A stretch of DNA of 26,813 nt from Ostreococcus tauri (lineage: Eukaryota): NCBI GenBank assembly GCA_000214015.2, contig CAID01000017.2:49312-76124 (forward strand), read 5' to 3'. Within the stretch, counting starts at the first letter, position 1. Each line of letters opens with the position of its first letter. Made by a program: the position numbers and the translations under genes. The notes under the pieces were generated by a model. It ran no database searches. It saw only the letters and a list, made by a program, of their open reading frames with translations, and had not been told where the DNA came from. Of this stretch, positions 1 to 10,100 are shown piece after piece.

Positions 1-1
1 G

Positions 2-486
2 CTGGAGACGGCGCTCGCGGAGGCGGCGGCGTCGAGAGAACGCGCGCTGGAGACGACGTCGGTGGAGCGCGGCGAACGCGAACGCGCGGAGAAAGAGTTG
101 GCGTACGTCCGGGACGCGCTCGAGCGCGCGGTGGGGGAGAAGGAGGCGGCGATTCGGGAGGTCCACGCGCGGCGCGTCGCGGCGGAGACGCGAGAGAAGG
201 CGCTGGGGCGGGAATTGAAACGCCTCGAGCGGGACTGCGCGCGATGGGCGACGCGGGCGCGGGAGCTCGAGCGAACGAGCGCGCGCGATGACGACGATCG
301 AGCGCTCGAGGATGAGGTGCGACGTCTCGAGCGCGAGTGCGCGCGGTGTCGAGCGGCGACGCGACGGGCCGAGGCGGAACGCGACGCCGCGACGCGCGCG
401 CTCGATGACGCCGAGCGACGACTCGCGCGCGGGCGTCGTCGTCCAACGCGGGACGACGACGAGGATGATGAGGATGCGGATGAGGA

Positions 487-525
<39 letters not shown>

Positions 526-682
526 ACGCACGTCGAGCGCGCTCGCGGAGGCATCCGTGGATGATTTCTTCGCCGAGGACGACGCCGAGGACGCGCGCAT
601 CGACGCCGACCGCGCGCGCGCGCGCGCGCTCGCCCGCAGACTCGAGCGCGTGCGCACGCGCGCCGTCGCCTTGTTCTCCTAG
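2..682 (+). CDS. 3' part of a coiled-coil protein with an acidic Asp/Glu tract (5' partial, frame open to the window edge)
   Basis: Frame 2 is open from nt 2 to the TAG at 680-682. It has heptad-like E/R/A/L composition (ERAEKELAYVRDALERAVGEKEAAIREV...) and a poly-Asp tract. The track start at 62 is GTG, so the ORF continues upstream. No recognisable catalytic domain. Confidence 0.45.
488..523 (+). repeat. (GAC)12 coding microsatellite (poly-Asp)
   Basis: Twelve uninterrupted GAC units, counted directly, inside the 2..682 ORF. Confidence 0.9.
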
Positions 683-729
683 ACCCGAATCTCGCGTCGA
701 CGTCGTCGAGCGAATGCGTGATTGACCGA

Positions 730-1740
730 ATGCGATTGATGCATCATCATTCACTGCGTTCGCATCACTTCCCGACGCCGATGCCCCGGGCGCGGGCGTC
801 GGCACCCGCCCCACCCCCGCCCACGTTCGATGTCGTCCACGGCGAGGAGTCCCCGGAGGCGATGCGCGCGCGACACGCCCGCGAACTCGCCGCGATCGAA
901 ACATTTGTGAAGACATTCGGTCGAGGCAAAGGCGCGCGCGACCGCGCGTTGCGCGCCGTCGGCGCGGTGACGGATCGACACCTGGACGAGATGCGGGCGT
1001 TTGAGCTCGCGCGCGCGGACGCGGGTGACGACGAGGACGAGGACGACGAGGACGCGGCGGACGGGACGGCGGACGGAGACGCGGACGCGGCGGCGACGCG
1101 ATTGGCGACGCTGGACGTGGACGCGACGCGCGAGGACGAAAGCGGTGATGCGATGGGTGAAAAGAAGATGACCAAGGCGGCGCGGCGACGGATGAAGCGC
1201 GAGGCGGAGGAACGCGAGCGTGAACGGAGAATTGAGGCGGAGAAGGCGGCGCTGGGACCGAGCGCGGAGACGTCGGAGCGCGAGACGTTGCGACGCAAGC
1301 TCCAACCGCTCGGGCTCGCGGTGAAGGAGATTCGAGCGGATGGACACTGTTTGTATCGCGCGATCGACGATCAGTTGACGATGGTTCGAGGACGCGGACA
1401 CGAGGGCGGATACACGGGTTTGCGAGAGACGTGCGCGCGGACGATGCGCGAGGACGAGGACGCGTTCAGACCCTTCGCCGAGGACGGGTGCGGGGAGGAT
1501 GACGACAAGTGGAACGATTACGTGCGCGCCGTCGAGAGCACGGCGACGTGGGGGGGGCAGTTGGAGCTCATGGCTCTGTCCAAGGCGCTGGAGCGACGGA
1601 TATCGGTGTACAGCGCGACGATGCCGACGGTCGTCATGGGCGAGGAGTTCGCGCCGGAGGGCGAGCTCAGGGTGGCGTATCATCGACACGCGTTCGGTCT
1701 GGGCGAACACTACAACTCCGTCGAGGCGGCGGGACGGTGA
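730..1740 (+). CDS. OTU-domain cysteine deubiquitinase (OTUD6-like)
   Basis: Catalytic Cys motif DGHCLYRAIDDQL and C-terminal His motif HAFGLGEHYNSV, preceded by a K/R/E-rich coiled coil as in the OTUD6 family. The track start 718 is GTG and the first ATG is at 730. That ATG is only 48 bp after the upstream stop, so a later Met could be the true start. Confidence 0.8.
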   Translation: MRLMHHHSLRSHHFPTPMPRARASAPAPPPPTFDVVHGEESPEAMRARHARELAAIETFVKTFGRGKGARDRALRAVGAVTDRHLDEMRAFELARADAGDDEDEDDEDAADGTADGDADAAATRLATLDVDATREDESGDAMGEKKMTKAARRRMKREAEERERERRIEAEKAALGPSAETSERETLRRKLQPLGLAVKEIRADGHCLYRAIDDQLTMVRGRGHEGGYTGLRETCARTMREDEDAFRPFAEDGCGEDDDKWNDYVRAVESTATWGGQLELMALSKALERRISVYSATMPTVVMGEEFAPEGELRVAYHRHAFGLGEHYNSVEAAGR

Positions 1741-1825
1741 CTATTTTATTAATATTATTTCAACGAGTGAAAGAAATGCGAGAAGAAAGAAGCGAAGAAC
1801 AACGCGGCTAGTCGGGCGATGACGC

Positions 1826-3331
1826 TCAGTTCATATCCGTCGCGTGCGCGAATAAACCGAGGAGACCGCCCAGGACGATCACGAGCGGGGCCTGGAGCAA
1901 GGTCCACCACCCCGGCGGTAACTTTACGATGTGCGCGCAAAAGGCGCAGATGAGCGCGATGGACGTCGTGGCGTTCGGGAACGGGCTCAGCGCGCGCACC
2001 TTGAACGCGATGTTAAACGCGGCGGCGACGACGAGACCCACCGCGCTCGCGTTCAACCCGGGCAACGCGCGCTTATAGACGTCCCATTTCCTAAATCGTC
2101 CCCAAAAAGGCATCACGGCGAAGATGAGAATCACCCCCGGGCCGAACAAGCCGAACCAGGCGCACGCGACGCCGACGAGGACGTTCACTCCGGCGCGTCT
2201 CGCCGCGACGGCGCCGAGATACGCGCTGAGATTAAACAACGGCCCCGGAGCCGCCTGCGCGAGCGCGAGACCGGCGAAGAATTGCTCCTCGGTGACCCAC
2301 GACGTGGCGCGCTCCGTCTTCGTCCACGCCGCGCACGCGTCGGTGACGGCGTCCCTCGCAGAGCACGTCGTGTCGTATTGCACCACGTCGTTGAGCAGGA
2401 GCGGCAACACCACCTGTCCACCGCCAAAGATGATCGATCCGGTGCGATAAAACGCCTCGAACCAGTGTAACTCTTTATTCGTCTCGTACGTCGTGTTCGA
2501 CACGTACACGCCGAGTCCGACGAGCGCGGACGCCCAGGCGAGGATCATGAACCCACCCGCGAGCGGGGACAGGCCCAGGCGCGTGACCTCCTCCGCGTCA
2601 TCATCACGCGGGTCCGAAGTCGCGTCACCATCGCGCGCGTTCGTCGTCTTCGCCGCCGCCGCCGCCCGCGCGGCTTCGACGTACGTCGCCACCCCTCCGA
2701 ACGCGATCAACGACGGGAACAACCACGCCCGCGACGCGTACGTCGCGCACGCCGCCGAAAACGCACACAACAACCGCGTCGTCCGCGTCTTCCCCCCCTG
2801 ACTCCTCGCCAGGGAATCCGCGGCGCTAAAAATCAACGACGCCCCCCCCGCGGATAACCCGGCGGTGAACGCGCGGGCGACGACCCCCGGGCGCGTCAAC
2901 GCCTCCGCCGCCCCCGCGCCCGCGAGCGACATCAACACCAACCCCGGGTACTGAAACAAAATACCCGACGTTAATCCACCCAAGGTCCCGGCGCGCGCGA
3001 TGCCGATCGCGAACGACATCTGCGTCGACGTCGGTCCGGGTAAACACTGCCCGAGGGCGAGGAACTCCGCGAACGTCCCTCTGGAGAGCCATTTCATCGA
3101 CGCCTCCGCGTCCGCGTCCGCGTTCACCGCCGACGCGTCGTCGCGGACGAAGACTTTTGAGAATAACCCGACGTGCGCGGCGGGGCCGCCGAAGGCGACC
3201 CAGCCGATGAGGCTGAAGGCGCGCGCGACGACGGCGAGCGGTGAGGCCTCCGATCGCGTCGCCGCGTTCGTCTCCGCGCGCGCTCGCGATGCGCCGAGCT
3301 CCATCGCGGTCGTGGGGTCGACGGGCGGCAT
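1826..3331 (-). CDS. Chromate ion transporter (CHR family, two-domain ChrA-like)
   Basis: A 501-aa polytopic ORF with the CHR signature in both halves (WVAFGGPAAHVGLF and GSIIFGGGQVVLPLL). A true ATG lies at 3329-3331 on the minus strand. Confidence 0.8.
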   Translation of the reverse strand: MPPVDPTTAMELGASRARAETNAATRSEASPLAVVARAFSLIGWVAFGGPAAHVGLFSKVFVRDDASAVNADADAEASMKWLSRGTFAEFLALGQCLPGPTSTQMSFAIGIARAGTLGGLTSGILFQYPGLVLMSLAGAGAAEALTRPGVVARAFTAGLSAGGASLIFSAADSLARSQGGKTRTTRLLCAFSAACATYASRAWLFPSLIAFGGVATYVEAARAAAAAKTTNARDGDATSDPRDDDAEEVTRLGLSPLAGGFMILAWASALVGLGVYVSNTTYETNKELHWFEAFYRTGSIIFGGGQVVLPLLLNDVVQYDTTCSARDAVTDACAAWTKTERATSWVTEEQFFAGLALAQAAPGPLFNLSAYLGAVAARRAGVNVLVGVACAWFGLFGPGVILIFAVMPFWGRFRKWDVYKRALPGLNASAVGLVVAAAFNIAFKVRALSPFPNATTSIALICAFCAHIVKLPPGWWTLLQAPLVIVLGGLLGLFAHATDMN

Positions 3332-3410
3332 CGCGCGCGCGCCGGTCGCGGCGACGGCGACGCGCGCGCGTGTGCGGGGCGCGTGAAAGAATGAATGATG
3401 CGCGAATGGT

Positions 3411-3430
3411 GAATGAATGAATGAATGAAT
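3411..3430. repeat. (GAAT)5 microsatellite in a divergent intergenic spacer
   Basis: gaatgaatgaatgaatgaat read directly. It lies between the chromate transporter ATG (3331, minus) and the J-domain gene ATG (3707, plus). Confidence 0.9.
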
Positions 3431-3706
3431 GCGTGCGTGGACGCGCGCGCGCGTCCATCGACGGATCCATCGACGCGCGCGCGCGAGCTGGACGTCGTCG
3501 GCGACGGCGCGCGAGGGACGGTGGACGCGCGCGGCGTCGACGCGGCGTCGACGCGGCGGACGTCGGTGATGGATGACGTGTTGCGTGGAATGGTGAGTCG
3601 TGACTCGTGACGAGGGACTCGATGCGGGAGCGTTTTTTCAAGCGTTTTATTGGGAAACGCACGCGCGCCGCACACCGCGACGCGACGCCGACGACGCGCG
3701 CGCGCG

Positions 3707-5337
3707 ATGCCGAGCGCGGCGGAGGACGATGGGGGTGATTTGTATCGAGCGCTCGGGTTGACGCGAACGGCGACGCGAACGGAGGTGGGTGAACGGGTGA
3801 ACAGTCGACGACGGTCTCGGTGGCTGTTTTATGAATCACCGCGCGGCGCGGCGCGCGCGAGGGGTGACTGACGACGACGACGGCGACGACGACGACGTAG
3901 GTTCGACGGGCGTATAGGAATTTAATCACCAAGGTACACCCGGATAAGGGTGGGGACGCGGAGGCGTTCGCGAACATTCAACGCGCGTACGACGTGCTGA
4001 GCGACGACGCCAAGCGCGAGCGCTACGACGAGACGGGTACGTTTGAAAAGACGGTCGAGGAGGAACTCCTGGATGAATTCGGTGGCGGCGTTTTCAGGGA
4101 TAAACTCAAGGAGGAGCAAGAGCGCAAGGAATCCCTCGCGGAGGCGATCGTGAAGACGGAGCGCGATAAGGGGTCGCACACGGCGGGGTTCGAGGCGTGG
4201 CTTCGAGCGCGCGGTCCCGACGCGAGCAAAACCTTGGGCGTAGACGACATGATCGATCGATTCGGCGTGAACAAGGGTTCGTACGATGAAGTTATTTTAC
4301 CGAAGATTCGAGCCTATCGCGTCGGCGCGTCCGCGCCAGGGAAGTTTGAGCTGAGCTCGGAGGCGATTCCGCCCACGCTCGAGTGGGGCGAGGTCCTCGT
4401 GAACATCCGCGTGGCGCCGATCAATCCCGCGGACGTCGACGCGAGCGCGATGGCGAAGCGCGGGAAGTTCCCGTACATCGCCGGTTCCGACGGCGTCGCC
4501 ACGGTCGTGAAAGTCGGCGCCGGGGTGAAATCTCTGAACGAAGGAGACTGGGTGTTTCCGTACGCCGGCGATCTCGGAACCTGGCGCTCGCTCGCGGTTT
4601 GGAAAGAGAAGGATCTGATCAAGATTCCCTCGGACATTCTCCCGTTCGAACACGCGGCGATGATTCGCGAGATGTGCGTCGCGTATCGCCTGCTCGAGGA
4701 TTTCGGAAGCCTCAAGCCCGGAGACGCGGTCGTTCTCAACGCGGCGACGTCCACCGTCGGCCAGTGCGTCGTGCAGCTGTGCTCGATGCTCAAGTTACGA
4801 GCGATCGCGATCGTGCGCGAACGCAAGGATTTCGAAAAGACGGAGGCTTGGTTGAAGTCGCTCGGTGCTTCCGAAGTGCTCAAGGACGAGGGATCGCTCG
4901 CGCGCGAGTTGACGTCGAGGAACTTATTCGCCAAGCCGCGCTTGGCGCTCGACGCCGTCGGCGGCGCCTCCGCGGTGCGTCTCGCCGAGTCGCTCCAAAC
5001 CGGATGCCCACTCATCGTGTACGGTAACATGAGCGGCATGGCGGCGACGTTCCCTTGGAGCGCTTGGACGCAAAACGCCCTCATCGTCCGCGGATTTTCG
5101 CTCAGACAGTGGATGAGCGATCACAAGAAGAAGGTGCCCAAGATGCTCGAGACGCTCGGCAAGCTCTCGCGCGCCGACAAGCTCGCGATTCAATACACCG
5201 ATTACGAGCTCGCATCCGAGTTCGAGGAGGCGCTCGAGCATGCGCGTGAAGATTTCAAATCCACGAAAATCTTACTTCGCGTGAACGACATCGGAACGAC
5301 GTACGACGGCGCCGGCGGCGCGGCGCCGCCCGCGTGA
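3707..5337 (+). CDS. J-domain (DnaJ) fused to an MECR/ETR1-type medium-chain enoyl reductase; exons 3707..3784 and 3901..5337
   Basis: Exon 1 reads MPSAAEDDGGDLYRALGLTRTATRTE and exon 2 begins VRRAYRNLITKVHPDKGGDAEAFANIQRAYDVLSDDAKRERYDETG. Splicing therefore restores a complete J domain with the HPD motif, in phase 0. Downstream matches the MECR pattern: APINPADVD, GTWRS, PGDAVVLNAATSTVGQCVVQL, PRLALDAVGG, RGFSLRQW. Confidence 0.8.
3785..3900 (+). other. Spliceosomal intron (116 nt) of the J-domain/MECR gene
   Basis: Donor GTGGGT, acceptor TAG, and ACTGAC at 3867-3872, 28 nt upstream of the acceptor. The intron is required to rebuild the J domain. Confidence 0.8.
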
Positions 5338-5646
5338 TCGACGCGAGCGCGCGCGTCGACGAGCCATCCATTGAGACGTCATCGCGGGAATCGAAAATTA
5401 CGCGAACGCGACGATGCATCAAAGGTGCGAACGATCTATGAAATAAGCATGAGCAAGTATGTTACGATTATAACATCTTCCCCTCTTGAATGAACCGAAA
5501 AAGACGTCTCTCCCACCCGCGCGCGGTCGCGACGAATGGCGCCCCGACCACCGGGTTCGCGACACTCGATGACGACGTCATTCACATCAAACGCGTGTTC
5601 GACGCAAAGTCAACCATCACCTCACCTCGCTTTACGAGCTAAACGC

Positions 5647-6487
5647 TTAGTAGAGTTCTTCCTCCATGTGCGTCTTGACGGTGCAGTCCGACGTCGGGTA
5701 GGCGACGCACGTGAGCACGAAGCCGTTGCCCATTTGGTCGTCATCCAAGAAGGATTGGTCGGACTGGTCGATGGAACCGGCCTGCGAAGACGTTAAAACG
5801 ACGTTGAAAAGTCAGTCACCGCGCGATCGACGCGCGCGCGCGCGCTCGAGACGCCCTCTTCGCGACGCGACCGTCGTCTTATCCACTGCTCGTGGTGGGC
5901 ACACATCCACGAGAAAAGACTCAAGAAGACCCCCCCCTCACGTCGACACGGCCCACACGGTCGATGACGTCGCTCGCGACGGACGCACCGTGACCTTGCC
6001 CGCGCAGGACGAGCACGCGCCCGCGCGGCACGAGTACGGCAAGTCGATGCCGGCTTCCTGTCGCACGCGAAAGCACGCGGAAATATCCGTCAGTCGCGCG
6101 TTCGCCCGGCGCGTGCCGTCGACGCATCGGCCGTCGATGGGTGATTACCGACCGACCGATCGCGATCGCGATCGCGACGCGCATCGACCATCATCCGACC
6201 CCCGCGCGCGCGCGCCGCCGCGCGCCCGCCCGCGCGACGCCGCGCGAAGACGCATAGAATTACCCCCCACCCATCCATCGTCCGCGCGCATCGAGACCTA
6301 CCTCAGCGGCGTCGAGGATGTACGTATCGTCGGCGCACTCGATCTCTTGCTTGCCCTCCGGGGTTTCGAGCGTGACCTTGTATTGCGCCTTCACCGATCG
6401 CGGCTTTTGCGCGGCGGTGCGGCGGGCGTTGATCGTCACCTTGGCGGCGGCGAACTTGGCGGAGACGGACATGTTCATGGCGGACAT
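5647..6487 (-). CDS. petF: Plant-type [2Fe-2S] ferredoxin precursor, 129 aa; exons 6487..6302, 6057..5989, 5781..5647
   Basis: Spliced product: transit-like [35 protein letters not shown], then [27 protein letters not shown] | [23 protein letters not shown] | [44 protein letters not shown]. All four cluster cysteines are present and every junction is phase 0. The ATG at 6485-6487 (minus) was verified. Confidence 0.9.
5782..5988 (-). other. Ferredoxin intron 2 (207 nt)
   Basis: Donor GTGCGT, acceptor CAG, and ACTGAC (plus-strand gtcagt at 5811-5816) 29 nt from the acceptor. Confidence 0.85.
6058..6301 (-). other. Ferredoxin intron 1 (244 nt)
   Basis: Donor GTAGGT, acceptor CAG, and ACTGAC (gtcagt at 6089-6094) 31 nt from the acceptor. 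Contains a (GCGATC)3 microrepeat. Confidence 0.85.
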
Positions 6488-6675
6488 CGTGCGTGAGACG
6501 GCGACGGGGCGTCGAGGAGTGCGCGCGTCGATGCGCGCGATGGGTTTTTCGAGCGACGTCTCGGGACTCGTCGTCGAGTCGTGACCCACCGATTATACCC
6601 ACACCCCAGGGTTCGCGGCACGACGACACCGTCGAAACGTGTGTGACCACTTTTCGTCGACGACGACGACATCTC

Positions 6676-7077
6676 ATGGCGCTTCGCGCGCGTCTCCCGC
6701 GCGCGCGCGCGTCGACGACGACGCGCGCGCGTCCGCGACGCGGGTCCACGGTCGCGCCCGTCGATCGCGCGCGCGCGCGCGCGCGGGCGAGCGAGGACGA
6801 GGACGGGGGCGCGCCGTCGTCGACGTCGACGGGTGACCCGTTCGGGTTCGGTGACGCGCGAAACCAAGGGCCGACGCCCATCGTCCCGGGGTTCGACACC
6901 GCGGAGGGTGGGAAGGTTGGGCCCGTGGGCACGGCGGTGATTTCGTTGGTGTTGTTCGTCCTGTTCGGTGGGTCGTTTTTTTTCACGAGCGTCCCGAGGG
7001 GGGCGGTGGAGGAGATGGCGCGCGCGGCGCTCGCGGACGACCCGAACGCGCCGACGAACGTCGTGTCGAGGGTGTGA
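6676..7077 (+). CDS. Small (133 aa) protein with an R/A/S/T-rich presequence-like N-terminus and one predicted TM helix; function unknown
   Basis: The first in-frame ATG is at 6676 (track start 6493 is GTG). There is a hydrophobic stretch, VGTAVISLVLFVLFGGSFFFT. The gene is divergent from ferredoxin, with 188 bp between the two ATGs. Confidence 0.45.
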   Translation: MALRARLPRARASTTTRARPRRGSTVAPVDRARARARASEDEDGGAPSSTSTGDPFGFGDARNQGPTPIVPGFDTAEGGKVGPVGTAVISLVLFVLFGGSFFFTSVPRGAVEEMARAALADDPNAPTNVVSRV

Positions 7078-7136
7078 CGGCTGGGGGTGGTGATGTAGTG
7101 TACATTTTTTAATGTGATATTTTTTGGTCGTTTGGG

Positions 7137-10100
7137 CTACAGCGCGAGCGTTGTGCGGGCGATTGGTGAGTCGAAAAAGTCGGCGAGCGCGTCGCCGAGG
7201 GGCGCGCCGGAGACGACGCCGAGCGCCTCGACCGCGCTCGATGCGATCACGCGCAAAGCATCGACGTCGTCGTTCAAGTTTAGACTTGCGAGTGCTCGCG
7301 CCGCTAAGCGCTCGCGCGCGGGCGCGAGGGCGTTCGATCGGAGCACGGCGTCGCCGGCGTCCGCGGCGGCCATCGCGCGCTTCCGCGGCGCCGACTCATC
7401 CTCATCCGAATCGTCGACGACCGGTTTCCTGACATCGAGACATCTCGCGACGTGCGCAAAGAATCGCTCGCGTTTCGTCTTGTCTTCTCTGAGCGCTCGA
7501 AGGAGGACGTCGCCCGCGGCGAATTCCAGTCTCGCCATCGCGCCGAGCGACGCGCTCGAGTCGTTTTGATTCCTGGCGAACACGTACGCCGCGTCGACGA
7601 TGTCTACGATCTCATCGATCGCCTTTCTCGGCGCCCCCGATATTTTGCGAACATCATTGCACGCGGAGATGCACGCGAGCGAACGTGCGATGACGTTACT
7701 AGCGTGCGGGAGGTCCAAGATGACGGCGTCCACGACGACGCCACGTCTGAGCGCTCGGCACAACTCGCCCCACGTTTCTTCGCTCTCATCCCGACGACTC
7801 GACGCCACTTTCGCGGCTTCTCGGAAAGATTCCAACGATTTCATCACCGCGTACGAATCGTTCGAGTGCAACACCGCGCTCGCAAAGGACCAAATCGTCG
7901 GGAGCAACGCCTCGTACGCCGCTCGGCGCGATTTTGCGAGTGCGAGTAAACGCGGAAGCACGATTTCGGTCGCGTGCGTGGGATCAATCTTCACCTCGAG
8001 CAATCCATCGAGTGCGCCTCGAAGTTCGTCGCGAGCGTTCACGTCAAGCGTTTCGATCTCATCGTCGTCAAAGAGCGAGAAGACGACGGCAAGCGCTGAA
8101 TCGTCCACCTTGGAGAGCTCGCCCAGGGCGCCGCAGATCGCGGTCCAAATCGCGCTCACTCTGTACTTCACGCAGTCAGACGTCGCGCTCATTCGCGAGC
8201 GGCACTCGATCGCGATCGTGCGGAGAGAATCGATCGGAGGCGAGAGCGTTCCTTGCTCGCCACCCTCGGAGACGTTGCGCCATCGAGCCATGGCAACGAA
8301 GAGCGATGTCGCTCTTGGGACGCACGAGAGCGGGACACCGAACACATCGCTCTCTTCGTTCTCCGATTCGTCCGTTGATGAATCATCGCGGGTGAGGGCG
8401 AGGACAAGGGCCTGCTCGAGTGCTCGACACGACGTCACCATCTCCTCCTCAAGCGTCTCCTGTGTCTCCGCGTCGTCTCGCGAACAATCAATCGCATACG
8501 CCGCTCCCAAAGCCTCCATCGCCGGCTCCCATCCCTGCCCGAGCACATCGCCGTAGTTGTGCATTGCTTGTGCGACGCACGACACCACGAGTCCTCGAGA
8601 TCGAGCGGTGCGCGCGTTTTCAATGGCGAACACGAAGGGCCGCATCGCGTCCATTTGCGTTGCCGAGCGCGTTGCTCGAGCACGTAAGAGCAAACGATCA
8701 GCTACTTGTCTCATCGACACCGTGGCATGTAAGACGACTTTTTCGTCCGCGTGTTTAACTGCCTCTACAAGGTGCTCGGAAACCACGCTCCAGAGCTTTG
8801 ACCACACGAGACGGACGCGCGACATGTTTGTCGCTGCCACCTCTGTGAGACGCAACAGCGCAAAAATCTTCGCTGGCGCGCTCGAGGAGCTCCAAAGCCC
8901 GTGTCTAGACACCGTCGCCACTGCCGTGGCATAGGTCAAGATCTCGTCCGAGTCGAATCGCGTGCTCGCGGCGAACACTCGCTCGATAGCCTCGCCACCG
9001 TGCGTGGAGACCCACTTGATCACCGCAAGCTCGGCGGGATCAAGCTGAGACAGCGGATGCCCCGGCGTACCGTCGAACGACGATCGATCGGAGCTCACCG
9101 AACGATCAGTGGCATCGTTTTCATCGAACTCCAGTCGTTCTCGCATGACGGCGCGCGCAGCGGCGAAATCAAAGGCGACGCCGGCGCCGACGACAGAGCG
9201 CAGATGCTCAAGGCGGTCGATGATCTCCAACACGCTCGCCCACGCCTGAACGCCGCCGAGACTGCACTCGCTCGTGGCGAGTTCGAGTAAAGTGCTTAAC
9301 GCTTCCTTACTCTGCGACGAAATTCCCTGAGGTCGGCCGAATCCCGGAGCGGTAACGAGGAACGCGCGCGTGTTGTCCCTGAGCGCAGGAAGTTGAAGCG
9401 TCGTGGCAAGTGAGAGCATTGCTCGCGTGGCCTCGAGCGGCATCGCGGCGTGCGCCGCGTCCGGCGCGGACGTGAACGCGGTGGACAACGCGATGAGCAT
9501 GAACTTGCCCGCAACATCTAGCATCGGTCGCGCCAGACCGGGTTCGGAGGCGCGGACGAAGAGCGCACTCGCTGAGTCGTCGTGCGCCGCGGAGTCGCCC
9601 GGACCAGAAGTCTTGAATAACTCCTTGGTAGACTTCAAGAGCTCAGCAGTTTCATTGGTCGCCTCTTTTTGCATCGATCGTGCCTTCCAGGGCGCTGCAA
9701 AGTTGAGTGATGACGTGAGTTGGGACCACGACGTCTGCGGCGGATGTTTCGCCGCCGCCGCAATCTCGGCAGCGACGTCCGTGGCCGATGAAACCCGCGC
9801 CGGGGGTTCAGCCGAGTTCATCTTGATCTCTTTCGCGCACACGCGCTTATAAATTGCAGCGATCTTCTCGGCGTCGACCTCAGAGGCCGCCTCCGCGGCG
9901 GTCACCATGAGCACGAAATCCTGCTCGCTCATCTTCATCGCCTCCTCTGTGAGCGGATTGTGCGCGTCTGTGTTCAGCATGACGATGGCGAACGCCAGAA
10001 TGTACGCCGCATCCGTGCTCGGATACACATTTTGATTGCACGCGCAAAATCTCGCGGCGAACGCCTCCATCAACCGATCGATCTTTTGTGCCTCGCCCGG

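Noticed and set aside
751-1710. Long antisense or alternative-frame ORFs throughout the window. Examples: 751..1710 -, 2826..3977 -, 4314..5084 -, 7600..8556 +, 12801..13718 +, 16232..17101 +, 17924..18949 +, 18109..19509 -, 20974..21618 +, 22133..22933 -, 24015..25022 +, 24205..24798 +.
   Set aside because: They overlap genes with clear family motifs on the other strand or frame. They are Arg/Ala/Ser/Pro-rich with no recognisable motifs. Stop-poor shadow frames like these are expected in ~65% GC DNA.
6058-6301. Box C/D snoRNA hosted in the ferredoxin or CP12 introns (TGATGG/GGATGAC-like plus CTGA).
   Set aside because: The C-box matches are imperfect and there is no terminal stem. The CTGA is simply part of the ACTGAC branch-site motif common to all the introns.
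3785-6301. Introns as copies of a repetitive introner element.
   Set aside because: By eye, the four introns share only the splice and branch signals and differ in length (116, 207, 244 and 322 nt). Multiplicity elsewhere in the genome cannot be tested from this window.
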